A program made the translations under genes and the position numbers. Shown piece after piece: positions 34,306 to 44,807 of a stretch of 64,000 nt of DNA. This DNA comes from Coraliomargarita sp. Lineage in GTDB: Bacteria > Verrucomicrobiota > Verrucomicrobiia > Opitutales > Coraliomargaritaceae. The stretch spans positions 2,144,001-2,208,000 of the forward strand of contig OZ244160.1 of the NCBI GenBank assembly GCA_965216325.1, given 5' to 3'. The notes beneath the pieces were generated by a model. The model was not told the DNA's origin, did not search any database, and was given only the letters and a program-made list of their open reading frames with translations. How positions within the stretch are numbered: position 1 is the stretch's first letter; the number at the start of each line of letters is the position of its first letter.

Positions 34306-36255
34306 ATGGCATCACTGATCGATAGGTCCGGAAATTTGGTCTATTTTGGCCAGTTGTCGTGGGCGAATCTTGTTGATTGGCTTATTACATTCACTCTGTC
34401 GGCTGTGTTGTTGGTGGCTGCGACCGTATTGGGAGGCGTGCGTCCTGAGGCACAGTCAGTCATATTGCCCGGCATCTGTTTATTGCTGGTTCTGCATGGA
34501 GTCTGGTATATGGTCTCCAAGGAGGCTTCCACACGTTTGAGCCAAGTGCCATTGGCTTGTGCGCCGCTATTGCTATGGATGGTGTTTCAGGTGAATCAGA
34601 GTCCATCTGCATGGCGTGGTGAGCAACAGCTCATCTATGTGTTGGAGGCGATTATCTTTTTTGCGGTTTTTGCAAATAACGCGCGCGCTCGTTTACAGGT
34701 GTGGACGGTCTTGTTTGCAGCATTGATCCCGCTTGGCTTAGGGGTGTTTAATGCGTTCTATCAGTTCTTTCAGAACCCGGGGCGAATCTCTGGGGCGTTG
34801 ACAGATTATACTGTGGAGTTGAGTCCTGAGTTGCTTGGGCGAGCTACCGGAACCTTTGCGGACCCGGAGTCATTTGTCGTTTTGTTGCTGCTACTGGGGC
34901 CTGGTGTTTTGTTTGCTGGGATCGTGCCGCGTTTTCCGATGATCATTCGAGTGATGTGTTGTTACATTGCGCTCATGGTCTTTCTTGCTCTGGTAATGGC
35001 GCAGGTGATTTGGGCGCTGCCTGTCCTGCTGGTGAATGCATTTGCTCTGGCTTGGCTCTCGACGCGTAAGCTTCAAAAGCGTATCAAGCGGGCGGTCTTG
35101 GGTGTGTTACTTGTGTTGGCGATTTCGTTTAGTTTGGGATACGCACATAATACGATACGCGATAGTGCGCTGTCGGCTCTTGAGAACGAAGGAGAGGGTG
35201 CACGGTTGGCCTTGTGGCGTGAGGCATCCCGCAGTGCGGCCGATAGTGGATACCTGGGGCTCGGCGCAGGTAGCTCTGAGTTGAGCTTGGAGCAGAGCGC
35301 ACGCTTGGTCATGGTGAAGACGGCGGCTTCGCCAATGAATGATTACCTGTTGGTTTTCTTGGAATTGGGTGTGCTTGGGCTGCTATTGTTGCTTTTTCCG
35401 ATTGGGCTTGTGCTGGTGCTTGCGATCCGGCGTTGGCGTGCCGAGCCCAAGCGCGCACGCTTGACGGGGCGCAAGGGGGCGATCATGCCGCCTCAGTGCT
35501 TCTTTATTTCAATCGCATTGCTCGGCTGTTTGGGCTCATTACTGTGCGTCTTGTTTGTCAGCGTGTTGGAAGTGCCTGCGCTATTACTGTATGTCGCGCT
35601 CTTCTGGGGCTTGCTGGCAAAGACCTGTTTCAATCGAAGGATTGAGCTGCCTCAGCGAGGACTTGTGCGACTTGGGTATTGTGTGTTGCTGCTGCTGCTG
35701 GCGCTTGGCTTCTATCGTTTCGGTTCAGTTCGCCTCAAAGCGCAGGCGCTCGAATTAGAGGCTCGGCAGCGACTTGATCACCTGATTGTGGGGCGGGTGC
35801 ATTTGTCGGGGAACAGCGAGTTGCTGGATGATGTGATTGTGCTGTTTGAGGAGGCGACGAATTTGCATCCTGAAAATGCCGATGCTTGGATTGGGTTGAG
35901 TGCGGCTTACAATCAACTGTTCTTCCGCAACCCATCAGCGTTTCGTGAGGTCGGTGAGCTAGCGAGTAATGCGGCCGACCAGGCAGTTCTGGTCGGGGAA
36001 CGTTATTGGCGGTCGTGGGCCCAGTTGGGAATCTCCCATGCATTGAGCGGTGACGTCGAGGGCGCGGAGAGTGCATTGACTCGCTCGCTAGAGTTGGCGC
36101 CTAATTCCAGTAACGCGCAATATTACTGGGCATCTTATCTGAGTCATCGTCCCGGTCGCATTGAGGAGGCAAAGCGTGCGGTTGATCGGGCAATTGAGAT
36201 TAATCCTGAGAATGCGGCTGCGATCCGTCTCCGTCAGAAATTACTGATCCTATGA
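34306..36255 (+). CDS. O-antigen ligase family protein with C-terminal TPR
   Basis: Multi-TM; RATGTF.DP, R..LW, GLGAG, NDYL…ELGVLG; TPR-like C-terminus. Confidence 0.8.
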   Translation: MASLIDRSGNLVYFGQLSWANLVDWLITFTLSAVLLVAATVLGGVRPEAQSVILPGICLLLVLHGVWYMVSKEASTRLSQVPLACAPLLLWMVFQVNQSPSAWRGEQQLIYVLEAIIFFAVFANNARARLQVWTVLFAALIPLGLGVFNAFYQFFQNPGRISGALTDYTVELSPELLGRATGTFADPESFVVLLLLLGPGVLFAGIVPRFPMIIRVMCCYIALMVFLALVMAQVIWALPVLLVNAFALAWLSTRKLQKRIKRAVLGVLLVLAISFSLGYAHNTIRDSALSALENEGEGARLALWREASRSAADSGYLGLGAGSSELSLEQSARLVMVKTAASPMNDYLLVFLELGVLGLLLLLFPIGLVLVLAIRRWRAEPKRARLTGRKGAIMPPQCFFISIALLGCLGSLLCVLFVSVLEVPALLLYVALFWGLLAKTCFNRRIELPQRGLVRLGYCVLLLLLALGFYRFGSVRLKAQALELEARQRLDHLIVGRVHLSGNSELLDDVIVLFEEATNLHPENADAWIGLSAAYNQLFFRNPSAFREVGELASNAADQAVLVGERYWRSWAQLGISHALSGDVEGAESALTRSLELAPNSSNAQYYWASYLSHRPGRIEEAKRAVDRAIEINPENAAAIRLRQKLLIL

Positions 36256-37133
36256 GGCTACACCGAATCATCTACATTATGCTCGTTGTGTGCGGTGCTT
36301 GTCTGTCGGCGAGGGATACGTGGAACCATGGCGCATTTTTTATTCCGGAACTCTCGGATGATCTGGAGCTACGTGCGTTACGACAAGGTCAGGCCCTTCG
36401 GAATCTGGAATACGTGCCTGGCCTGATTCGTCTAGAAGGTGACAGTCGTGAAGATGTTTTTCTTTTTGGCTCAAATCGGATGGCTTGTTTTTATACGGCG
36501 CCCGGTCAGTTGACGGTTGAGCGGTTTGAGCAGTTGGGTGGGCGAACGGTTGGAGCTGAGCAAAAAAGTCGACTAATCCTCCATGTGACTGAAGGGGTTC
36601 TGACGGCAGACACGTCCTCCTTGTCTGAGGATTCACAGTGTATTGTCGAAACTCCTTTGGGCCGACTGAATGCCGGGGCGGGGCGTTGGACGTTGTCGGT
36701 AAGATATGATGCCAGGACTCGGATTTACAATTTCACCTTGGAGAGTATCGACCTGGAGCTGTTCTTTAAGACGCATTCGGGACAGCGTTTTGTTGTGCAA
36801 GCTGGCCAGATGCTCACGGGTGCTGGTGCCTCCACCTTGCCCGATTTGGAGGTCGCGGATCTGCTCAATAGCGCGCAAGAGCGTATACAGATTCTTGAGC
36901 GAATGACAGAGGAGTCGCTCCCTAATATGTCAACTGATCTGATTGACGCGCAATTGTTGCCGATCGCTGAGCGCGCGGTCGCCGGGCCCGATGCAGAGGT
37001 CATTATGGGGGATACATTTGATGGAGAGCTTGATCGGCCGATTGTGATTGAATATTCGCCGCGGCCACAGCCTGCGGTTCCTTTTCGTGGAGTGGTGCGT
37101 CCACCACGCGAATATGAAAAGGATATGTTTTAA
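36252..37133 (+). CDS. Exported FecR-like domain protein
   Basis: Signal peptide; L.V.EG…S…VETPLG pattern. Start overlaps the upstream stop (ATGA). Confidence 0.5.
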   Translation: MRLHRIIYIMLVVCGACLSARDTWNHGAFFIPELSDDLELRALRQGQALRNLEYVPGLIRLEGDSREDVFLFGSNRMACFYTAPGQLTVERFEQLGGRTVGAEQKSRLILHVTEGVLTADTSSLSEDSQCIVETPLGRLNAGAGRWTLSVRYDARTRIYNFTLESIDLELFFKTHSGQRFVVQAGQMLTGAGASTLPDLEVADLLNSAQERIQILERMTEESLPNMSTDLIDAQLLPIAERAVAGPDAEVIMGDTFDGELDRPIVIEYSPRPQPAVPFRGVVRPPREYEKDMF

Positions 37134-37212
37134 ATTCCCATTTCGGATGTCGGTGGTGCGGATCTAAGAGTCTTGGCATTTGGGGGATCATACTCCATAG
37201 ATCGGTAGTAAT

Positions 37213-39585
37213 GTGAGCCGATTGAAACATTCCCTAATCTATACCACTTTAATCCTTGCCTCGATCGGACTGTGGCAGTTTGCGCATGATCGTGGTTTGC
37301 TCGATGGCGTAGAGCAGGAGGCGCTGCGATGGCGCTACTTGGTTCGGGGGGAGTTACAGTCGTCTGCGCCGATTGTGTATGTCGATTTGGATGCGGGGGC
37401 AGTTGCGATGATTGGTGATAAACCATGGGACCGTAAGAACTTTGGACAGGCGGTTAGTGCGTTGATGTATCCAGGGCAGGCTAAAGTGGTTGGGCTCGAT
37501 ATTATCTTTTCCAGTATCGGAAGTGGTGGATTGCTGGATGTCGATCGCGCGCGTAGTGGCGATTTGTTTTTTGGCCAAGTTGTTGAGCGATATTCAGATC
37601 GTATTGTTCTCGCTGCTGCCTATACGGGGACTACATCTGAGCATGTTGCTTTACCTCTTCGGCGGACTGGCTATGTGGACCCGGAGACGGTTCCCTATCC
37701 CGAGTCACCGACTTTCCCGATTCTTAAATATGGCGTGGGTCGTGTCGGTTTGGCGAATGTCGATGAAGCCTTGAATCGAGGTTCCGTGCCACGTGTCGTT
37801 ACAACTGTTTTTGAATCTGCTGGTGAGTCGTATAGCCGAATCTTAATGGCAGGTTATCTACGTTATTTTGGGGGCATTTTGGATGGAGTCGCCGTGGTCG
37901 AATCTGCTGATGAATTGCAATTGATGGATGGTGATGGCTTTGCTCCAGTAAGCATTCCGAAGTATTCGAAGCATATGTTATTTTCCTTGGGGCTCGAGAT
38001 GTTTTTGGCGGCTCATCGCTTGGGCGAGGATGATGTCGATTGGGAATCGAATCGCTTGCTGATACGCAAGGATGGTCAGGTCTTTCGGGAGATTCCTTTG
38101 CTGGAGGGGCAGTCTACAGAGGTTAACTGGTTCCAGGCGTGGCGGTCTTCGATTGCGCCTGAGCATGTTTCGATGGCCGAGGTGCTTCGGCGTGCGAATC
38201 TTCTGGGCGATGCCGCGAAGCTTGGCGATGATGCTGCAATCGCGGAGCAGGAACGCTGGTTCTCGCGCTTTAAGGATAAGGTCGTGTTTCTTGGTCCAGT
38301 CGATGCGACGCTGAAGGACCTCGCTCCGACACCGTTTGATCGTGCGCCAGTTCCCAAAGTCGGCTTGCATGCTAACTTTTTTCGAACGATTCAAGATGAG
38401 GCATATATTCGCCGTATCGGCGGGCTGGAAGCGTTTGCGATCTGTGTTGCATTGACCTGTGTTGTTGCTGGGCTTGGTTTGTGGAGCGGGCGGGGCCGGC
38501 GGCTTACACGCGTTGGTTCGTTGTTTTTGCTGATTGGTTATGTTGTTTGGGTATTTTACGTCTTTAAGGCGGGACATGTGGTCTTGCCGTTGATTGCGCC
38601 CGTGGGTGCTGCCATTACCGCGTCACTGCTGACCGTCCTTACGAAGCTTGGCTCGGAAGAGTGGCAACGCCATCGGCTTAAGGCTTTGTTTGGAGCGTAT
38701 GTATCTCCAGAGTTGGTTAAGGAGATGTCGGATAAACAACGTGACCCTGAACTCGGTGGCACTTCCGCGAGAATCACTGCGTTGTTTTCGGATGTGGAAG
38801 GCTTTTCCGCGATTTCCGAGCTGTTGCCACCCGAGGATTTGGTTCTTCTGATGAACGAGTATCTGGGCGCGATGACTGAGGCTCTGCATACTCAGGGAGG
38901 AACCTTGGATAAGTATATCGGTGATGCGATCGTAACGATGTTTGGTATGCCTTTGCCGATTGAAGATCATGCTGCGAAAGCCTGCTTGGCGGCGGTGCGT
39001 ATGCAGGAGTGTCATGCAGACTTACGCAAACGTTGGGAGCAGGAAGGACGGTGGCCGGTTGCAGTTCAACGCATGCAAACGCGGATCGGTATTAACACCG
39101 GCGAGGCTGTAATTGGAAACATGGGCAGTAAGGTCCGCTTTAATTACACGATGATGGGAGACTCCGTGAACTTGGCTGCGCGTTGTGAAAGTGGCGCGAA
39201 AAGCTATGGCGTCTATACGATGGTGACGGGTGCGACGATGCAGGAGGCTTTGGCTGTGTTGCCTGACTTGCGCCACCGAAAGCTGGATCGTATTATCGTT
39301 AAGGGACGCAGTGAGCCAGTGGAAGTGTATGAACTTTGGGATCGAACGACGGATCCTCAGCAGACCGCAAACTGTAAAAAGCTCTACGAGGAAGGCTTCG
39401 CACTTTATGTTGACGGACAGTGGGAGGCTGCGCTTGAAAAGTTCGCATTGGCCGAAGCCTATGAGCCGAACAAGTCGCTGGCATTGACAACCCCGTCGGC
39501 CGTTCTGGCGAAACGTTGCCAACAGTTTATCGAAGATGGTGGCCCGGATAATTGGACGGGTTCCTACAAAATGTTGACGAAGTAG
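37213..39585 (+). CDS. CHASE2-domain adenylate/guanylate cyclase
   Basis: CHASE2 (PWDR, GLDIIF), three TMs, class III cyclase motifs FSDVEGFS, DKYIGDA, IGINTG, GDSVNLAAR, VKGR. Confidence 0.92.
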   Translation: MSRLKHSLIYTTLILASIGLWQFAHDRGLLDGVEQEALRWRYLVRGELQSSAPIVYVDLDAGAVAMIGDKPWDRKNFGQAVSALMYPGQAKVVGLDIIFSSIGSGGLLDVDRARSGDLFFGQVVERYSDRIVLAAAYTGTTSEHVALPLRRTGYVDPETVPYPESPTFPILKYGVGRVGLANVDEALNRGSVPRVVTTVFESAGESYSRILMAGYLRYFGGILDGVAVVESADELQLMDGDGFAPVSIPKYSKHMLFSLGLEMFLAAHRLGEDDVDWESNRLLIRKDGQVFREIPLLEGQSTEVNWFQAWRSSIAPEHVSMAEVLRRANLLGDAAKLGDDAAIAEQERWFSRFKDKVVFLGPVDATLKDLAPTPFDRAPVPKVGLHANFFRTIQDEAYIRRIGGLEAFAICVALTCVVAGLGLWSGRGRRLTRVGSLFLLIGYVVWVFYVFKAGHVVLPLIAPVGAAITASLLTVLTKLGSEEWQRHRLKALFGAYVSPELVKEMSDKQRDPELGGTSARITALFSDVEGFSAISELLPPEDLVLLMNEYLGAMTEALHTQGGTLDKYIGDAIVTMFGMPLPIEDHAAKACLAAVRMQECHADLRKRWEQEGRWPVAVQRMQTRIGINTGEAVIGNMGSKVRFNYTMMGDSVNLAARCESGAKSYGVYTMVTGATMQEALAVLPDLRHRKLDRIIVKGRSEPVEVYELWDRTTDPQQTANCKKLYEEGFALYVDGQWEAALEKFALAEAYEPNKSLALTTPSAVLAKRCQQFIEDGGPDNWTGSYKMLTK

Positions 39586-39594
39586 TTGGCTAAA

Positions 39595-39912
39595 CTAGTA
39601 GCGTGGCATGTTGGAGTCGACGTCGAAGCTCCATGCGTGAATACCACCCGCCAGATTGATGGTATTTGTGAAGCCGCGAGCTTCCAGAAATTGGCAGACG
39701 TTCAAGCTGCGCATGCCGTGATGGCAAAAGATGATCAATTGCTTGTCGCGCGGGAGTGCCTCCACTCGGCTTGGGATCTCGCCCATCGGAATGTGTAGCG
39801 CGCCTTCGATTTTGCAGATTGCGAGTTCTTCGTCCTCGCGCACGTCGAGTAGCACGGTGGAGTCGTCGTTCAATAACTTTGCCGCATCGAGGGCACTGAT
39901 TTCCTTGTTCAT
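39595..39912 (-). CDS. Rhodanese-like domain protein
   Basis: LLDVRE..E, CHHGMRS, NLAGGI.AW. Confidence 0.9.
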   Translation of the reverse strand: MNKEISALDAAKLLNDDSTVLLDVREDEELAICKIEGALHIPMGEIPSRVEALPRDKQLIIFCHHGMRSLNVCQFLEARGFTNTINLAGGIHAWSFDVDSNMPRY

Positions 39913-39942
39913 GGCTGACCTTTCATGCTTAGTGTTGGGCAT

Positions 39943-40692
39943 ATGTCAAAGACACCTTCCATTATTGTCCCGGCTCGCCTCGCTTCGACTCGTTTCCCGC
40001 GTAAGCTACTGCACGAAGTGCAGGGCAAGCCGATTATTGTGTGGACTGCAGAACGCATTTGCAGCGTTGCGCCGGAGTTTCCGCTCTATTTTGCGGTCGA
40101 TGATGATGCCTTGGTGAGCTGTCTCGAGGGGGCTGGCTTTAACGCTGTGCGCACTCGTACCGATCATCCCAGCGGCACGGATCGTCTTGCCGAGGCGAAT
40201 GCAGCCGTCGGCGCGCCGGCGGTGATTAATGTTCAAGGCGATGAGCCGCTGGTTACGGGAGAACAGATCCGTGCGCTGGCCGAAGGCCTGCAAGGCGAGG
40301 CTGCCATGTCGACACTCGCCATTCCCTTTGAGCGGCCTGAGGACTTTGCGAATCCGAATCAGGTTAAAGTCGTTCGTGATCGCGCAGGTTATGCGCTGTA
40401 TTTCTCTCGTTCGCCGATCCCGTTTGCGCGTGATGCGGCAGGGCAGGTTGATGCTGCATGGCTTGCGACCAACCCATGCTATCGCCACCTTGGCCTCTAT
40501 GCTTACGATGCCGAGTTCCTCAAAGCGTTCTCGTCGCTTGAGCCAGGCTTTCATGAGCAGATCGAGAAGCTCGAACAGCTTCGTGCGATGGAGCACGGCT
40601 ATCGCATTCACGTCGGGATCACGGACCAGCCGACGGTTGGAATCGACACAGCTGAGGACGTCGCAGAATTTGAGGCCGCACTGAACGGCTAG
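39943..40692 (+). CDS. kdsB: 3-deoxy-manno-octulosonate cytidylyltransferase
   Basis: [45 protein letters not shown]. Confidence 0.96.
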   Translation: MSKTPSIIVPARLASTRFPRKLLHEVQGKPIIVWTAERICSVAPEFPLYFAVDDDALVSCLEGAGFNAVRTRTDHPSGTDRLAEANAAVGAPAVINVQGDEPLVTGEQIRALAEGLQGEAAMSTLAIPFERPEDFANPNQVKVVRDRAGYALYFSRSPIPFARDAAGQVDAAWLATNPCYRHLGLYAYDAEFLKAFSSLEPGFHEQIEKLEQLRAMEHGYRIHVGITDQPTVGIDTAEDVAEFEAALNG

Positions 40693-40693
40693 A

Positions 40694-40722
40694 GTAGCGT
40701 GCCGCTGAAGGCTGCACGCTAC
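40694..40722. repeat. GTAG-ended palindrome between convergent genes (REP or terminator)
   Basis: gtagcgtgc-N11-gcacgctac. Confidence 0.55.
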
Positions 40723-40733
40723 GTTTCAGTAGA

Positions 40734-41090
40734 TTACTGCTCAATCTCGGCCGCGATCACCGAAACTTCAACGAGTAGTTCGGGGCGTGCCATACGTGCT
40801 TCGACGCAAGCTCTAGCGGGTGCGTGCCCCTCGGGCACCCACGCGTCCCAGACCGCATTCATTGCCGCGAAGTCTTTCATGTCGCGCACATAAACGGTGG
40901 CGGAAAGCATGTGCTTGCGGTCGGAGCCAGCTTGGATCAACAGCGTGTCGACCTTATCCAGCATGGTCTGGGTTTGTTCTTCGATGCCCTTCGTGGCATC
41001 TGCGCAGACTTGGCCACACAGGTAGATCGTGCCGTTGTGCTTTACGATGCGACTCATGCGCTGTTTGATTTCTTGTCGTTCAATAGCCAT
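40734..41090 (-). CDS. RidA family protein (YoaB-like)
   Basis: [20 protein letters not shown]…PARACVEA. Confidence 0.9.
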   Translation of the reverse strand: MAIERQEIKQRMSRIVKHNGTIYLCGQVCADATKGIEEQTQTMLDKVDTLLIQAGSDRKHMLSATVYVRDMKDFAAMNAVWDAWVPEGHAPARACVEARMARPELLVEVSVIAAEIEQ

Positions 41091-41190
41091 GGGCAGCCTT
41101 GTAGGTAGGTGCTCCGGTTTTGACCAGTCTCTTCTGCTTAGAGGTTGTGGAAGTGTTGACAAAACCGCCTTCGCAGAACCGTATTCCCCT

Positions 41191-42414
41191 ATGCAGACTG
41201 CACCAACAGAACTCGAAGTCGAACCGACCAGCTTGCCGGATGCCCGTGGGCACTTTGGCAAATACGGAGGTATGTATGTGCCTGAGACTTTGATGACGCC
41301 GCTTTTCGAACTCACCGAAGCCTATCATGAGGCGCGTAAGGACGCTGCGTTTGAGCAGGAACTCAATGAACAACTGCGTGAGTTCGCAGGCCGTCCGACG
41401 AATCTCTATTACGCGGAGCGCCTGACCAAGCATTGCGGTGGTGCAAAGATTTATCTCAAGCGCGAGGACTTGCTCCACACCGGTGCGCATAAGATCAACA
41501 ACGCGCTTGGCCAGGCTCTGCTCGCCAAGCGGATGGGCAAGCAACGTATCATCGCCGAAACGGGTGCGGGGCAGCACGGCATCGCGACGGCTGCGATGTG
41601 CGCGAAACTGGGCCTCGAGTGTGTCATTTACATGGGTGAGGAGGATATGCGGCGCCAAGCGCTGAATGTGTTCCGCATGCGCCTCTGTGGTGCCGAAGTC
41701 CGTGGTGTGACTGCCGGGCAGAAGACCCTGAAGGAGGCGGTCAACGAGGCGATGCGTGACTGGGTGACCAATGTTCGCAATACCCACTACATCATCGGGT
41801 CGGCTTTGGGCGCGCATCCCTTTCCCATGATGGTGCGCGACTTTCACCGTGTGATCGGTGAGGAGGCTCGCCGCCAGATCCTCGAGAAGGAAGGCCGCCT
41901 TCCGGATGAAGTGGCTGCCTGCGTTGGGGGGGGGTCCAATGCGATTGGCCTATTCTTTGCCTTTTTGAAGGACCTCGATGTTGCGTTGACAGGAGTTGAA
42001 GCCGGTGGCCGCGAAATCGTGCGTGGTGAGCATGCCGCTCGATTCGCGGGTGGTCGCCTTGGTGTCCTGCAGGGCGCGAAGACTTGGATTCTTCAGGATG
42101 ACGACGGTCAGATCGATCTGACGCACTCGGTATCTGCAGGTTTGGACTACGCCGCGGTCGGTCCCGAGCACGCCTATTACAAGGAAAAGGGCCGCATCGA
42201 CTTTGGTTACGCGACCGACGCGGAAGCCTTACAGGCATTCCAAGATCTCTGCTCAATTGAGGGCATCGTGCCGGCGCTCGAATCCTCTCACGGTATCGCT
42301 TACACCATGAAGCGCGCGCGTGAAATGAGCTCAGAGCAAATCATCATCGGCAATCTCAGTGGTCGCGGTGACAAAGACGTGCAGGAAGCGGCGCGCTTAC
42401 TCGGCGAACAATAA
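41191..42414 (+). CDS. trpB: Tryptophan synthase beta chain
   Basis: [45 protein letters not shown]. Confidence 0.97.
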   Translation: MQTAPTELEVEPTSLPDARGHFGKYGGMYVPETLMTPLFELTEAYHEARKDAAFEQELNEQLREFAGRPTNLYYAERLTKHCGGAKIYLKREDLLHTGAHKINNALGQALLAKRMGKQRIIAETGAGQHGIATAAMCAKLGLECVIYMGEEDMRRQALNVFRMRLCGAEVRGVTAGQKTLKEAVNEAMRDWVTNVRNTHYIIGSALGAHPFPMMVRDFHRVIGEEARRQILEKEGRLPDEVAACVGGGSNAIGLFFAFLKDLDVALTGVEAGGREIVRGEHAARFAGGRLGVLQGAKTWILQDDDGQIDLTHSVSAGLDYAAVGPEHAYYKEKGRIDFGYATDAEALQAFQDLCSIEGIVPALESSHGIAYTMKRAREMSSEQIIIGNLSGRGDKDVQEAARLLGEQ

Positions 42415-42450
42415 TACACTTTCACATTCACCGTCACTCTCACTCAGCTT

Positions 42451-43014
42451 ATGCTGCTAGTTATCGATAACTACGACTCTTTCACCTACAATCTGGTCCA
42501 ATACTTCGGACAGCTTGGCGTGGAGCAACAGGTCTTCCGTAATGATGCGATTACGGTGGAGGAAGCGCTCGCACTGAACCCGGATCGTGTGATGATTTCG
42601 CCGGGGCCTTGCTCGCCAACTGAGGCCGGTGTGAGTTTGGCAATGATCGAAGCCTTTGCGGGCAAGAAACCGCTACTGGGTGTGTGCCTCGGACATCAGA
42701 GCATCGGGCAGCACTTTGGCGGTAAGGTGATCCGTGCGGAACGCCTCATGCATGGCAAGACCAGTCCGGTCACGCATCGCGACACGGATATCTTTACAGG
42801 TTTGCCAAATCCGATGGAGGCGACTCGGTACCATTCGTTAATTGTTGAGCGTTCAACACTTCCGGATTGCTTGGAGGTGACTGCAGAGACCGCCGAGGGT
42901 GAAATTATGGGGCTCGCGCACAAGGAGCTTCCGGTCTGGGGCGTGCAGTTTCACCCGGAATCGATCGCAACTGAGGAGGGCATGAAGATGCTTGAAAATT
43001 TTCTCAAACTGTAG
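42451..43014 (+). CDS. trpG: Anthranilate/aminodeoxychorismate synthase component II (TrpG/PabA)
   Basis: [33 protein letters not shown]. Confidence 0.93.
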   Translation: MLLVIDNYDSFTYNLVQYFGQLGVEQQVFRNDAITVEEALALNPDRVMISPGPCSPTEAGVSLAMIEAFAGKKPLLGVCLGHQSIGQHFGGKVIRAERLMHGKTSPVTHRDTDIFTGLPNPMEATRYHSLIVERSTLPDCLEVTAETAEGEIMGLAHKELPVWGVQFHPESIATEEGMKMLENFLKL

Positions 43015-43059
43015 CCGTTATCTAGTTATTTGTGCCGGGTCGGGCACTAAATATAGTGG
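43013..43059 (+). promoter_or_regulatory. Putative tandem NrdR boxes upstream of nrdR
   Basis: gcactaaatatagtgg (43044-43059) fits the acaCwAtATaTwGtg consensus; a weaker agccgttatctagtta lies 31 bp upstream. Confidence 0.5.
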
Positions 43060-43152
43060 TTGCATGTGTATTGCCCTATATCTTAGGGTTGATTGCTTGA
43101 GTCGCTGGAGGACCTCTAACTTCTAGCTTCTGAATTCTGACTTCTAAAGAAC

Positions 43153-43617
43153 ATGCGTTGTCCAAAATGCACATCCGCCAATACCAAGGTGCTCGATACT
43201 CGCACCAGCAAAAACGAAACGTCAATTCGTCGGCGTCGCGAGTGCTTGGAATGCGGCTACCGTTTTACGACTATCGAGGAAGTGCTGCGTGCTGACCTTC
43301 AGGTGGTCAAGCGTGACGGCCGTCGTGAAGATTTCGACCGTGCGAAGATGTTGGGTGGTTTGAAGAAAGCTGTGCAGAAGCGTCCAATCGACGTCATGCA
43401 GATCGAGATGTTGGTCGCCGATGCGCTGTCTGCCTTGGAAAAGGAATACGATCACGAGATTCCTGCTAAAGCGGTTGGCGAGCAAATCATGACGCGCTTA
43501 AAGCACCTCGATAAGATTGCGTATGTGCGCTACGCATCTGTTTATAAAGACTTCCGCGACCTTGACGAGCTCGCAGAGGAAATTGATGCGCTCAAAGATC
43601 CGGGCACTCAGTCGTAG
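43153..43617 (+). CDS. nrdR: Transcriptional repressor NrdR
   Basis: MRCPKC…V.D.R…IRRRREC..C..RFTT.E, ATP-cone [15 protein letters not shown]. Confidence 0.96.
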   Translation: MRCPKCTSANTKVLDTRTSKNETSIRRRRECLECGYRFTTIEEVLRADLQVVKRDGRREDFDRAKMLGGLKKAVQKRPIDVMQIEMLVADALSALEKEYDHEIPAKAVGEQIMTRLKHLDKIAYVRYASVYKDFRDLDELAEEIDALKDPGTQS

Positions 43618-43638
43618 GGGCGTTGCTTGCGGCGCCCG
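43614..43638 (+). repeat. GTAG-REP overlapping the nrdR stop codon
   Basis: gtaggggcgttgcttgcggcgcccg. Confidence 0.65.
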
Positions 43639-43656
43639 AGTTAGGATCAGTAAGCA

Positions 43657-44136
43657 ATGCCAAGTCAGCGTAAGCCATTAGAGCAATTGCGAATTCTCAG
43701 TGAATTGCTTGCGCGCACCCAAGGTGCGGATCCAGAGGGGGCCATTCATGCGCAACAGATTCTGGATTATTTCAGTGAGGAAGCTCCCGACGAGATGCAG
43801 CGACTCTCTATCGAAAGCTGTGCGAGTAAGTTGGCGCAGATGCACCTTGGACCGGAGGACATTCGTGAGGTTGCCTTTGCGCATTGGCACGTGCCGGAGT
43901 CAATCGGCGCAAGCCCATTGTGGATTCGGCAGGCAATTGTTACCGAAATGAAGCAATTGGCCGGTCGTCGCCGCGCCTTGTTGTTGGTGAGTGGCGTGCG
44001 TGAGAGTATTTGTCCTGAGGGCGGCTATTGGACGAAGGCGCGCGAAGCTCAGTATCGTCGTGTCCGCGATTGGATTGACGAACTCGTCTGTGCGTGGGCG
44101 AGTCGTGGTTCGCAGCTGCAAGTGATTGTGCTCTAG
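43657..44136 (+). CDS. Hypothetical protein, probably co-transcribed with nrdR
   Basis: 159-aa ORF filling the gap between nrdR and rnpB; no recognised motif. Confidence 0.65.
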   Translation: MPSQRKPLEQLRILSELLARTQGADPEGAIHAQQILDYFSEEAPDEMQRLSIESCASKLAQMHLGPEDIREVAFAHWHVPESIGASPLWIRQAIVTEMKQLAGRRRALLLVSGVRESICPEGGYWTKAREAQYRRVRDWIDELVCAWASRGSQLQVIVL

Positions 44137-44215
44137 TTGGGCGGCGTTGGACTTCTGCACGTCAGGCAATAATTCCCGCCTTGTCTTCTGCGAGCGGATC
44201 GCGCAGCCTGCAAAA

Positions 44216-44609
<394 letters not shown>

Positions 44610-44622
44610 ACTTTTTGGCATT

Positions 44623-44648
44623 GTAGGGGCGTGCCTCGGCGAGCCCGC
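44623..44648 (+). repeat. GTAG-REP-like element after rnpB
   Basis: gtaggggcgtgcctcggcgagcccgc. Confidence 0.55.
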
Positions 44649-44807
44649 TGTCGGTGTCGCTTGATTCTGGTGTGAGCTTAGTACATCTCATAAACTGAGT
44701 GCAGGCAAGTAAAGCCCCTGCGTTTCTGGCACGAATTCCAGTTGCATCGAAGGGATGGGAGCGTTTACTGGCGCCTTTAACACTAACTTAACGAACTTCA
44801 ACACACT

